NCBI RefSeq assembly: GCF_000298275.1
Contig: NW_006922148.1
Coordinates: forward strand, 1,101,242-1,132,498
Reading direction: 5' to 3'
DNA: 31,257 nt
Source of the DNA: Orycteropus afer
Lineage: Eukaryota
The notes under the pieces were generated by a model. The model made no database searches, was not told where the DNA came from, and was given only the letters and a program-made list of their open reading frames with translations. Positions within the stretch are counted from its first letter, which is position 1. Each line of letters opens with the position of its first letter. Shown here in pieces: positions 18,881-29,560 of this stretch. Both the position numbers and the translations under genes were made by a program.

Positions 18881-19163
18881 ATTTAATTCCACTGGAAGGA
18901 CTCAAACTTACAGGGAGAAGTTTGAAGGCAAAAGCTAAGCAGAAAAATCAAATAGCTAGGAAAGAGGGAAGGGGAAATTAGAGGTGAGTGTATGGAAGAG
19001 ATAGAGGGAGAGGCCAGAAAGAGGGGAGACCTAGAGGAAGAGCTGAGATGACTCTTGGGCTATAATTATTTCTTCTTCTACCTTTTTTCTTCTCTCTATG
19101 TTGATGTTAAACTCTTGACTCATGATAACTTTTTGTTAATGTTCTTTTTTCGTGTCATTACAG

Positions 19164-19301
19164 TTGCTTTTGGAGGAAGACATAAATTCAAATATTCTTA
19201 GCCAAGAGGTGAGTGATTTGGTGGAGATGATTTGGGCAGAAGCTCTCGGCCATCTGAAGCACACACTTCTCAAGCCAGTGGACAAAATTAGTCTTAATGA
19301 T
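19164..19301 (+). CDS. PARP4: Internal coding exon (138 nt, phase 0/0) of vault poly(ADP-ribose) polymerase, in the region N-terminal to the PARP helical domain
   Basis: The acceptor is 'ttttttcgtgtcattacag|TTGCTT' and the donor is 'AATGAT|gtaagtcac'. The translation is LLLEEDINSNILSQEVSDLVEMIWAEALGHLKHTLLKPVDKISLND, co-linear with the human PARP4 segment as I recall it (...LLLEEVMNSSTLSQEVSDLVEMIWAEALGHLEHMLLKPVNRISLND). It is flanked by repeats, so it is not TE-derived. Confidence 0.8.
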
Positions 19302-19437
19302 GTAAGTCACTGTGTCTTTGAAATGTAACCTCTGACTTGACAAACTTACTTCCTGGTTCATCACCTTAAATAATAGGACTTATATTTTAGTGCTAGTCAA
19401 ATTGAGTTGTTTGTTGACTGTTCTTTCCTTTTACCTG

Positions 19438-19638
19438 GAGATAAGGTGCTTGGGTGGCTTAGTAAGTAAGGCATTTGGCTACTAACAAGAAGGTCAATGG
19501 TTCAAACCTAACAGCTGCTCTGTGGGCAGAAGATGAGGGAATCTACTTCCTTAAAGATTTACAGCCTTAGAAACACAATGCGGGTTGCTGTGAGTTGGAA
19601 TGGACTCAATGGCAGTGGGTTTTGTTTTTTTTAAGGAG
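19438..19638 (+). mobile_element. AfroSINE (T-rich-tail type, diverged 5' head), 137 bp downstream of the exon donor
   Basis: 'gataaggtgcttgggtggcttagtaagtaaggcatttggctactaacaagaaggtcaatggttcaaacc...gggttgctgtgagttggaatggactcaatggcagtgggttttgttttttttaagg'. Confidence 0.85.
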
Positions 19639-20013
19639 TATGGAGAGTATAAGGGGAAATAAGCTTTTGAGAAAACTAGACATTCCTATCTGTAAAATTC
19701 TCAGACACAAGAGCTGATCAGAGGTAGCATTTTACTGCTGGTTAAGTATAAGCGTAGATCTTCTATATCAAGAGGATAATAATATGCCTGAGGAATATGG
19801 ATGGTCTTGATCATCAGTTAATGCCAAACTTTAACCTTTTTAATGGCTAACTACTTTTTTTTTTTCTGTAGAGCAATTTATTATTTGAGTGCTAATAAAA
19901 ATAATATAGCAAACTGTGCCATTGTAATAACTTTATAAATGTGGAACTTTTCTAATTAGAGTTATTACTTAAATGAAAGGGTAGTAGCATGTAATCATGT
20001 TTCTATAAAACAT

Positions 20014-20290
20014 TTTTTAAAAAATTTTTTATTGTGATTTGGGTGAAAGTTTACAGAGCAAATTCATTTTCCATACAGCAATTTACATACACTTTGTCTC
20101 ATAACATTGATTGTAGTTTCCCACAGTGCAAAAACTTTCTTTTCACTTCCTCCCCATAGTTACCTGTTCCCTGTGTCCTTCCTTCCCATTCACTTCCCCT
20201 GAGCTGTCTCCCTGTGCATATATAGCCCTTCTATTCTCCCATAATTGATCTCTCCAAGGGGTCTATCTACCTAATGTAAATGTTCAGCAT
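20014..20290 (-). mobile_element. Copy c6 of the 0.8 kb retroposon family: the 3' unit only, 5'-truncated in element sense
   Basis: 'tttttaaaaaattttttattgtgatttgggtgaaagtttacagagcaaattcattttccatacagc...ccaaggggtctatctacctaatgtaaatgttcagcat' ends abruptly where the full copies continue. Confidence 0.6.
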
Positions 20291-20690
20291 AGCTAACTAC
20301 TTTTAGAGTTTTATAACTTCTGATTATCTTAGGGAAAGGCTGGTATGCTTCCAACCCCTAGAAAATGCTCTTACCTTTTTAATTATGTTTAATAGCAATT
20401 GTAAGAATAAATGAAAAAACTATTCTCAATGGTGTGTCTTGTGCAACTGCATTGTCATATTAAAATGATACGGTTTTCCTCTGTGGAATTAAAACAATTT
20501 ACTTCATGGAGAAAAAGGTTTATTGGGTTAAAGCCCATAAAGTACATGTGTAATAAGAAACATGTTTTGGAGGTTTTTGTTCCTAGTTTGATTCTGACAT
20601 CTTTCTAACTTTCTTATGTTAAAAGCAAATCTCTTACAATTACATTATCATTCCTCTCTCTATATGTATCTATCTATTTATATCTATCTA

Positions 20691-20892
20691 TAGCTCTGGT
20701 GGGAGCTCTGGTAGCATAGTGGCTAAGGCACTTGACTGCTAACCAGACGGCTGGCTGTTCAAACCCACTAGCCACTCCTCGGAAGGAAGGTTGGGCAATC
20801 CTACTTCCGTAGTGATACTGCCTCGGAAACCCAAGGAGGGGTCGCTATGAGTCAGGTCTGACTCGACGGCACATAACAACAACACAACAACA
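20691..20892 (+). mobile_element. AfroSINE ((AAC)n-tail type), the first of a head-to-tail tandem pair
   Basis: 'agctctggtgggagctctggtagcatagtggctaaggcacttgactgctaaccagacggctggctgttcaaaccc...gggtcgctatgagtcaggtctgactcgacggcacataacaacaacacaacaacat'. Confidence 0.9.
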
Positions 20893-21095
20893 TAGCTCTG
20901 GTAGCATAGTCCCTAAGGCATTTGACTGCTAACTAGAAGGTTGGTGGCTCAAACCCACCAGCCACTCTACAGAAGGAAGACTGGGCAAACTACTTCTGTA
21001 AAGATTGACAGCCTCAGAAACCCAAAGGGGGTTTTTGCTATGAGTTGGAATCAATTTGATGGCAGTGAGTTTTTTTTTCTTTTCTTTTTTTTAAT
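20893..21095 (+). mobile_element. AfroSINE (T-rich-tail type), the second of the tandem pair
   Basis: 'agctctggtagcatagtccctaaggcatttgactgctaactagaaggttggtggctcaaaccc...gtttttgctatgagttggaatcaatttgatggcagtgagtttttttttcttttc'. Confidence 0.9.
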
Positions 21096-21124
21096 AGCTC
21101 CATCTATCTATTATCCATATCTAT

Positions 21125-21215
21125 AGATCATAGCTACATGCCGTTGAGTCGGACCTGACTCATAGCAGTCGCTGTGAGTCGGGTCAGACTTGCAGCACAT
21201 AACAACAACAACAAC
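21125..21215. repeat. Foldback (inverted repeat) made of two opposed AfroSINE tail segments, bracketed by direct 'gatcatagc' repeats
   Basis: 'gatcatagc tacatgccgttgagtcggacctgactcatagcagtcgc | tgtgagtcgggtcagacttgcagcacataacaacaacaacaacaaa gatcatagc'. The left arm is the reverse complement of the right arm's family sequence. Confidence 0.7.
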
Positions 21216-21370
21216 AAAGATCATAGCAGCCCCTTCTTGAGTTTCCGAGATGGTAGCTCTACGGAAGTAGATTGCCTAGTCTTCCTTGTGAGAAGTGGGT
21301 GGTGTGTTTGAACCACCAGCCTTCTGGTTAGCAGTCAAATGCCTTAGGCATTATGCCACCTGAGCTCTGA
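21216..21370 (-). mobile_element. AfroSINE in minus orientation, tail-truncated
   Basis: 'catagcagccccttcttgagtttccgagatggtagctctacggaagtagattgcctagtcttcc...ggtgtgtttgaaccaccagccttctggttagcagtcaaatgccttaggcattatgccacctgagctc'. Confidence 0.9.
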
Positions 21371-21651
21371 TAGATACCTATTTATCTTTTTATTTATGTC
21401 CTTATGTGTACAGTTATGTAAGAATTTGGTTCTTTCCTATAGTTAAGCTGAGCCTAGTTTTGGAAGAATTCTCATGTCATCACCTTGACAATTGAGACTA
21501 TATACAGTATAGATCAGCATTTGTTTTTGGCAAATGTCCAACAGAAAATTGATAGTTGTAACGTGTCTTACAATTTACTTATTTTTATATGTATTTCTTC
21601 CTTTTTTCTCTGATTTCATTTTAATAATTGTATGTCATCTTATATTTAAAG

Positions 21652-21828
21652 GTCAGCAAGGCAGAGGGCATTCTTCTTCTAGTAAAGGAAGCACTGAAAA
21701 ATGGAGAAACAGTAGAACAATTGCAAAGGATGATGAATGAATTCTACACATTAATACCTCACAAAGATACAACAACTAAAGAAGTTAACCTAAGACTATT
21801 GCTATCTAAGAAAGAAGACCTCTGCCAG
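21652..21828 (+). CDS. PARP4: Internal coding exon (177 nt, phase 0/0) of vault poly(ADP-ribose) polymerase; the start of the PARP helical domain
   Basis: The acceptor is 'tcatcttatatttaaag|GTCAGC' and the donor is 'CTGCCAG|gtaaatctc'. The translation is VSKAEGILLLVKEALKNGETVEQLQRMMNEFYTLIPHKDTTTKEVNLRLLLSKKEDLCQ. It contains the FYT-IPH motif of PARP helical domains and is co-linear with human PARP4 (...VSKAEGILLLVKAALKNGETAEQLQKMMTEFYRLIPHKGT-PKEVNLGLLAKKADLCQ). It sits in the same frame, on the same strand, and directly after the 19164-19301 exon in protein order. Confidence 0.85.
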
Positions 21829-22099
21829 GTAAATCTCTGAAATGTATAATTCACTTTAAAATATTTTCAGGAGTCTTAATCTCACAGATAAAGGAACACT
21901 GAATCATAGAACTTGTCTTGTGAGTTGTGCATAAAAACAAATTGTCCAACCATGTTGGAATGCTATGGCTCCTTGGAGAAGTTCTCTAAGCCTTGTTCCC
22001 AAACATGAACATGTTCCACAACTCATATGTCAATTTCTCATACTGTGGTGGCTTATGTGGTGCTGTGATGCTGAAAGATTGCCATTAGTATTTCAAATA

Positions 22100-23200
22100 C
22101 CATCAGGGTCTCCCATAGTGGACAGGTATGGTGGAATGAATTACTTGGTATGGCTCTTCTAGCCATGGTCTTTGTGACTCCCAACAAAACACTGGGTGGA
22201 ACTATATAAATATGAGGTGCTTGTGGACTTCCAGTGGGATTATATAGCTTGTTAGTAAGGTAAATAAAGGGACATAGCACTCTTGTGGGTGTGGAACCAC
22301 AGAAATAATGTATATGGAACCCTAATGTGGGGATTGGTCAGTTTTGTCATTCTGATAGGTGTAAAATGAGCTTTCCCAGAGGCAGAAGGGGGTGGTTTCT
22401 CAGTGCCATTAAGAGACAAGAGCCAGAGGTGGAGTGGAGCATGTCCTTGGACCCAAGATCCCTGTTCTGGACCTCCATGGCAGAGATACTGGCAGAGAGA
22501 TCAGCAGAGAAATTGGCAACAGAGGCAGCAGAAATGAGAGACCAGCACGAGACAGAATGACAGGCTTGCTGGCCCGCAGAGTGAGAATGCTGAGTACCTT
22601 TGGGCAGGAGGCTTGTTCGTGGAGTGTACTAGGTGCCCCTATCACAAAGCTAAAAGAGCTTGCCTGAGCAAGGCAAAGCCAGGGTAATAGGCCAAGGGCC
22701 AAAGAGAGGTGTGCCTTCAGGCATGGCAGAGGGAATGTTGTCCTGATGTGTGCTGAGCATTCCTGAATCTGAATTGTAACCTGTTGCTTCCCTAATAAGC
22801 CCTGTAATTGTGAGTATTGTCTGTGAGTACTATGGCCATTGCAGTGAAGCATCAAACCCAGCAGAGAAGTAGAGTGCTGTGGAAAAGATGGTTGGGGTTA
22901 GAATTGGTAAAAGGTTGGAGGGTGGCAGCATATCTAACCTCATAGGAAGCAGCCTTGGGCTGCTGATGGTGATTCTCAAAGTTGGAGGAGATAAGAGGAT
23001 GCTGCCCCCACATCCTCTATGCAGCAGGTTACAGCAGAGGTTCCAGACTGAGACAGACTAGGAAAGAGGACCTGGTGATCTACTTCTGAAAAAATTGGCT
23101 AGTGAAAACATTATGAATAGCATTGGAACATTGTCTGATACAATGCTGGAAGATAAGGCCCTCAGGAGGGATGTCACTTAATATATACGTGGGTAAGAAT
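22100..23200. mobile_element. Possible LTR/MaLR-like element or degraded unique sequence; low confidence
   Basis: It lacks coding features, and 148 aa and 77 aa ORFs on opposite strands overlap each other. It has LTR-style sequence ('cctgttgcttccctaataagccctgtaattgtgagtattgtctgtgag'). Confidence 0.2.
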
Positions 23201-24458
23201 TGCCTCCTCAAAGTACTTGTTATTGTTTGGTGCTGTTAAGTCACCTCCAACTCATAGCAACCCTGTGTACAACAGAATGAAACATTGCCCAGTCCTACAC
23301 ATCCTCACGATCCTTGCTGTGTTTGAGCCCATTGTTGCAGCCACTGAGTCAATCCATCTAGTTGAGGGTCTTCCTCATCTTCACTGCCCCTCTCTACTTT
23401 ACCAAGCATGATATCCTTCTCCAGGAACAGTTCCCTTCTGACGACATGACCATAGTAGGTGAGACATTGTTTGGCCATTCTCACTTCTGAGGAGCATCTG
23501 GCTGCACTTGTGCTGGGACAGATTTATTGGTTCTTTTGAAGTCCATGGTATTTTCAGTATTCTTTGCCAGTACCACAATTCAAAGGCATCAACTCTTCTT
23601 CAGTCTTCCTTATTCATTGCCCAGCTTTCACATAATAACGTGAGCTTGGGTTAGTCACACTTCAGTCTTCAAAGTAACATCTTTGTTCCTCAGTACTTAA
23701 AGGAGTTTTTTTTTGAAGCACATTTGCCCAGTGCAGTATGATGTCTGATTTCCTGACTGCTACTTCCATGAGTGTTGATTGTGGATACAAGTAAAATAAA
23801 ATCCCTAACAACTTTAATCTGTTCTCCATTTATCGCGATGTTGCTTATTGGTTCAGTTGTGAGGATTTTTATTTTCTGTATGTTGAGGTTTAATCCATAC
23901 TGAAGTAGTCTTTGATATGCATCAGTAAGTACTTCAAGTCCTCTTCACTTTCAGCAAATGGGTTTTATCATCGGTGTATTGCAGGTCGTTAATGATTCTT
24001 CCTCGAATCCTGATGCTACGTTTTTCTCTTTTAATTGGTCTTCTTAGATTATTTGCTTAATATGCAGATTGAGTAAGTATGGTGAAATGATACAACCCTG
24101 ATGCACACCCTTTCTGATTTTAAACATGCAGTATCTTCTTATTCTATTTGAACAAGGTCTTTGTACAGATTCCACATGAGCACAACTAAGTATGCTCATT
24201 CTTCTCAATGTTATCCATAATTTGTTTTGATCCACACAGTTAAATGCCTTTGCATAGCCAATAAAAAGTAAGTAAACATCTTTCTGGTATTCTTTGCTTT
24301 CATCCAAGATCCATCTGACGTCAGCAATGATATCCCTAGTTCCACGTCCTCTTCTGAATCTAGCTTGAATTTTTAGAAATTCCCGTCAGTATACTGCTGC
24401 AACAATTTTTAAATTATTTTCAGCAAAATTTTATTTGCATGTGGCATTAATGATATAG

Positions 24459-24635
24459 GAGTTCTGGTGGTGTAATTCCTAAGGCATTTGACTGCTAAAG
24501 AGAAGGCTGGTGGTTCAAACCCACCAGCCACTCCTCGGAAGGAAGGTTGGGCACTCTACTTCCATAGTGATACTGCCTCGGAAACCCAAGGAGGGGTTGC
24601 TATGAGTCAGATATGACTTGACAGCAGTGTTAGTA
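24459..24635 (+). mobile_element. AfroSINE inserted in the minus-strand RTE, with a 13 bp TSD
   Basis: The TSD is 'attaatgatatag' (24446-24458 and 24636-24648). The body reads 'gagttctggtggtgtaattcctaaggcatttgactgctaaagagaaggctggtggttcaaaccc...ggggttgctatgagtcagatatgacttgacagcagtg'. Confidence 0.9.
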
Positions 24636-25149
24636 TTAATGATATAGTTTGATAATTTTCATAGTCTGTTGAGTTACAGTTCTTCCAAATGGACACAAAT
24701 ATTGATCTCTTCCAGTCGGTTGGCTAGGTAGCTGTCTTCAAAATTTCTTGGCATAAATGGATAAGTACCTGCAGTGCTGTATCTGTTTGTTGAAACATCT
24801 CAATTGTTATTCTGTCAATTCCTGGGGCCTTGCTTTATCATCGATTCCTTCAGTGCTGTTGGACTTCTTCCTTTAGTACCATCAGCTTTCAGTCCTGTGC
24901 TTCCTCCTGAAGTGGTTGAACAGTGACAAATTCATTTTGGTACATTGACTCTGTATTCCTTCCATCTGCTTTTGATGTTTTCTGCATCGTTCAGTATTTT
25001 GCCCATAGAAGCCTTCAATATTTTACTGCAACTCGAGGCTTGAATTTTTCCTTTAGTTCTTTCAGCTTGAGAAATGCCAAGTGTGTTCTTCCCTTTTGGT
25101 TTTCTAACTGCAGATCTTTGTATATTTCATTATGATACTTTACTGTGTC

Positions 25150-25858
25150 TTTTTTTTTTTCTTTCAATTTTTGTGATTTGGATGAAAGTTTACAGAGTAA
25201 ATTCATTTCCCATACAGCAGCTCATGTACACTTTGTCTCATGACATTGACTAATTTCCCACAATGCAACAGCTCCCCTCTCACTTCCTCCCCATAGTTAC
25301 CTCTTCCCTGTGTCCTTCCTTCCCATGCACTCCTGCCCCTCAAGCTGTGTCCTTGTTCCTACACAGCCCTTCTATTCTTCCATGATTGATCTCTCCAAGG
25401 AGTGTATCTACCTAATGTCAATGTTCACCTCATATGCCTGTCTTTTGTTTGGCTGGAAGCCACAGGAAGGGGTTCAATTCCAGACCTGAAGGGCAGCTGG
25501 GGGACATAATCTCAGGGTTTCCACCAACTCTATCAGACCAGAAAACCAGGTCCTTTTTATTTTAAATGATGTTGAGTTTTGGTTCTACATTGTTCTCCCA
25601 CTCTATCCAGGATCTCCTACATAGATCCCCCTCTGAGTATTTGACGATGGTAGGAGGGCACCATCTAGTTCTTCTGGTCTCACAGTCATATAGGCTGAGG
25701 ATTGCATGACATATCAGAAGCTTGGACTAATTGTTTCCTTGCATCTTTGGTTTTCTTCATTCTTCTTTGCTATGGGCAAGGAGAGATCTATCATTGCATC
25801 TAGATGGCTGCTTGCAAGCTTTTAAGATCCCAGTTGCTGTTCTCCAAAGTAGGATGTG
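25150..25858 (-). mobile_element. Copy c4 of the 0.8 kb T-tailed composite retroposon, inserted in the minus-strand RTE with a 9 bp TSD
   Basis: The TSD is 'tactgtgtc' (25141-25149 and 25859-25867). The left end is a T-run followed by 'ttgtgatttggatgaaagtttacagagtaaattc'. The right end is 5'-truncated at '...ccaaagtaggatgtg'. Confidence 0.7.
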
Positions 25859-26769
25859 TACTGTGTCTTCTTGAGCCACCCTTTGAAATCTGTTCATCTC
25901 TTTTATGTCATCATTTCTTCCATTAGCTTTAGCTATGCTCCATTCAAGGGCAAGTTTCAGAGTCTCTTCTAACATCCATTTTGGTCTTTTATTCTTTTCC
26001 TGTCTTTTTAACGACATTTTGCTTTCTTTATGGATGATATTCTTGATGTCATCCCACAACTTGTCTGCTCTTTGATCATTGGTGTTCAATGCATCAAATC
26101 TGTTCTTCAGATTGTCTCTAAATTCAGATGGGATATAATCAGGGTTGCATTTTGGCTCTCATGGACTTATTTTAATTTTCTTCAGCTTCAACTTGAAGTT
26201 GCATATGGGCAATTAATTGTGTGTTCCCCAGTAAATTCCTGGTCTTGTTTTGACTGATGTTATTGAGCTTCTGCATTGGCCCTTTCCACAGATGTCGTCA
26301 ATCTGATTTGTCGTCAATCTGATTCCTGTGTATTCTGTCTGGCAAGGTCCACATATATAGTTGCCTTTTATGTTGTTGCAAAAAGGTATTTACAATGAAT
26401 AAGTCTTTTCTCTTGCGAAATTCTGTCTTGCAATTTCTAGTGTCATTTCTATCACCAAAGCCATATTTTCCAACTACTGGTGATTCTTCTTTTTTTCCAA
26501 CTTTCACTCTCCAGTCACCAGTAATTATCAATACATCATGATTGCATGTTTGGTCAATTTCAGACTGCAGAATTTGGTTAAAATCTTCAGTTTCTTCATC
26601 TTTTGCTTTAGTGGTTGGTATATACATTTAGTAATAGTTGTATTAACTGGTCTTCTTTGTAGGCATGTAGATATTATCCTATTACTGAGAGACAACATCA
26701 AAATAGAATTGTCCTTGATGTGGTTGGAGTAAAACTTTTTAGTCCCTCCATTTGCTGATATGGCATCAC

Positions 26770-29560
26770 TCAAAGTGAGAAGAAACAGCAGCAAACATCC
26801 TTTAATAATTGGAACATGGAAAGGAAGAAATATTAATATGTATTAAATTGGAAGTCATCAAAAATGAAAAAGAACACATAAAGATTGATACCCTAGGCAT
26901 CAGTAAGCTGAAATGAACTTGTATTGGCCATTTTGAATTGGACAAACATATGCTTTAGTATGCCAGGAATGACAAATTGAAGAGGAAAAGCATTACATAC
27001 ATCATCAAAAATAACATTTCATTTCAGGATCTATCCTGAAGTGTAGTGCTGTCAGTGATAGGATAATATCCATATGCCTGCAAGGAAGGCCAGTTAGTAT
27101 GACTATTATTCAAATTTAAGTGCTAACCACTAAGGCCAAAGATGAAGAAAGAGAAAATTTTTACCAACTTTGGCAGTGTGAAATTGATCAAACATGCAAT
27201 GAAGATGCATTGATGATTACTGGTGGTTGGAAAGTGAAAGCTTGCAACAAGGAAGAAGGATCATTAGCTGAAAAATATGGTATTGGTGATAGAAATAACC
27301 CCGGAGATCACATAATAGAATTTTGCAAGATTGATGACCCATTCATTGGAAATAATTTTTTTCAATAACATAAATGACAGCTATGCAAGTGGACCTTCCC
27401 AGCTGGAATACAACAGAATCAAATTGACTGCATCTGTGGAAGGAGACTGTGGAGAATCCTAATATCATCATTCACACAAAGGCCAAGGGTTGACTGCAGA
27501 AGAGACTGTCAGTTCCTTTTATGTAAGTTCAAGTTGAAGCTCAAGGAAAGTAAAACACATCCCCAAAATCCAAAGTATGACCTTGAGTACATCCCACCAA
27601 TATTTAGAAACCATCTCATGATAGAATTGACATATTGAACACTAGTGACTAAAGACCAGATGAATTGTGGGATGGCATTAAGGACATCAGTCTTGAAAGC
27701 AAAAGATTATGTTGTCAGAAGGGACCAGTCCTTGGAGAAGGATATCATGGTCAGTAAAGTAGAAGATCAGTGAAAAAGTGGAAGAGCCTGAATGAGATAG
27801 ATGGACACAGAAGTTGCAACAATGAATTCAAACATAGAAAATATGGTCCAGAATCAGGTAGTATTTCTGCTGTACATGGGATCACTATTAGAATTAATTC
27901 GATGGCACCTAACAATAGCAGGAACGTGGGCAAAATATTGAATGATGCAGAAAACATTGAAAGAAGATAGAAGTTAGGTCATTGTACCAAAAAATCACTG
28001 GAGTTAATTCCATTTCAAGAGGTAACATATTAAGAAGAAAGAAGCAACATATTGAAAGAATAAGTACAAGCTGTTGTGGAGGCATTGGTGAAAAATAAGA
28101 CTCCAGGAGTTGATGGAATACCCATTGAGATGTTTCAGCAAATGGATGCAATACTGGAAGTACTCATTAATCTATGCCAAGAAGTTTGGAAGACAGTTAC
28201 TTGGCCAGCTGATGGGAAGAGATCCGTGTTTGTCCCCATTCCAAAGAAAGGTGATCCAAAAGAATGTGGAAATTATCGAACAAGAACATAAATATCACAT
28301 GCAAGTGAAATTTTGTTGCAGATGATTCAAGAATGGTTGCAGCAATACATTGACAGTGAATTGCCAGAAATTCAAGTCAGATTCAAAGAGAATGTGGAAC
28401 TAGAAATATCATTGCTGATGTCAGATGGGTCTTGGCTGAAAGCAGAGAATACCAGAAAGGTGTTTACCTTTATTTTAGTGATTATGCAAAGACATTTGAC
28501 TGTATGGATCATACAAAATTAAGGATAACATTTCAAAGAATGTGAATTCCAGAACATTGCATTGTTTTCGTGTGGATCCTGTACACAGACTGAGAGGGCA
28601 GTTGTTCAAACAGAAAAAAGTCTATGGTTTGAAATAACGAAAAGTATGTGTCAGGGTTGAATCCTTATACCATATTTATTCTATCTGTATGGTGAACCAA
28701 TAATCCAATAAGCTGGACCATTTGAAGAAGAACTTAGCATCATAACTGAAGTAAGACTCATTAACAATCTGCAAATGCAGGTGACACAACCTTGGTTACA
28801 GAAAGTGAAGAAGATTTGAAGTACTTAACTGATGAAGAAAGATCAGGGTGTAGTACAGCCTTTGGTATGGATTACACCTCAACATAAAGAAAACAAAAAT
28901 TCTCACAACTAGACCAATAAGTGACATCATGATAAACAGAGAAAACATTGAAATTGTCAAGGATTTCATTTTACTTTCAATTCACAATCAGTGCCCATGA
29001 AAGCAACAGCGAAGAAATCAAATGATGTATTGCACTGGACACATCTGCAAAAGACTTCTTTAAAGTGTGAAGAAGCAAACATGTCACTTTGAGGACTAAG
29101 GTGCACCTGACCCAAGCCAAGCTATTTTCAATCTCATATGCTTGAGGAAGGTGGTCAGGAATAAGGGAGACCAAAGAAGAATTAAGGCATTTAAATTATG
29201 GTGTTGATGATGAGTATTGAATATATCATGGACCACCAGAAACGCTAACAAATCTGTCTCCAAAGAAGAACAGGCAGTATTTTCTTTAGAGGCAAGGATG
29301 GTGAGACTTCATCTCCCATACTTTGGACATGTTATTATGAGGGACCAGTTTCCTGGGGGAGGACATCATGCTCGGTAAGGTGGAGGGTCAACGAAAAAGA
29401 GGAAGACCTTCAAGGAGATGGATTGACACAGTGGTTCCAACAATAGGTTCAAGCACAGCAATAATTATGAGTATGGTGCAGGAGAAGGCATTGTTTGTTT
29501 CTGTTGTATATAGGGTTGGTATGAGCTGGAATCCACTCTACAGCATCTAACAACAGCAAA
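26770..29560 (+). mobile_element. RTE/BovB-type LINE on the plus strand, nearly full length from the endonuclease N-terminus to the 3' (AAC)-type tail. It has multiple frameshifts and is a pseudo-element. It is oriented head to head with the minus RTE
   Basis: Plus 27120-27368 translates to 'TKAKDEERENFYQLWQCEIDQTCNEDALMITGGWKVKACNKEEGS...GDRNN', the endonuclease. Plus 28076-28291 translates to 'KNKTPGVDGIPIEMFQQMDAILEVLINLCQEVWKTVTWPADGKRSVFVPIPKKGDPKECGNYRT', the reverse-transcriptase N-terminus. Plus 29368-29550 translates to 'MLGKVEGQRKRGRPSRRWIDTV...', the BovB C-terminal IMLGK-EG-RRRGR motif. The 3' end reads 'ctacagcatctaacaacagcaaaacaacatg'. Confidence 0.85.

Larger units (their letters stand above)
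23210..26755 (-). mobile_element. RTE/BovB-type LINE on the minus strand, from its 3' end up to endonuclease residue ~85. It is degenerate and carries a SINE at 24459-24635 and the 0.8 kb retroposon at 25150-25858
   Basis: The minus ORF 24044-24307 translates to '...FIGYAKAFNCVDQNKLWITLRRM...IRKGVHQGCIISPYLLNLHIKQI', the reverse-transcriptase boxes. Minus 26298-26627 translates to 'IPTTKAKDEETEDFNQILQSEIDQTCNHDVLIITGDWRVKVGKKEESPVVGKYGFGDRNDTRNCKTEFRKRKDLFIVNTFLQQHKRQLYMWTLPDRIHRNQID', the apurinic endonuclease domain. Minus 26528-26794 translates to 'NHIKDNSILMLSLSNRIISTCLQRRPVNTTI'. The 3' end 'gtgctgttaagtcacctccaactcatagcaaccctgtgtacaac' is shared with the AfroSINE tail. Confidence 0.85.

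Noticed and set aside
22409-22855. 148 aa minus-strand ORF overlapping a 77 aa plus-strand ORF
   Set aside because: Both strands are open at once, there is no domain similarity I recognise and no exon boundaries, and the sequence is LTR-like. It is not the downstream PARP4 exon, which should begin LIRDMV...
26298-26627. 109 aa minus-strand ORF and other 60-110 aa ORFs across 23210-29560 as candidate host genes
   Set aside because: They encode recognisable RTE/BovB endonuclease and reverse-transcriptase segments interrupted by frameshifts and stops. They are decayed TE ORFs, not host genes.
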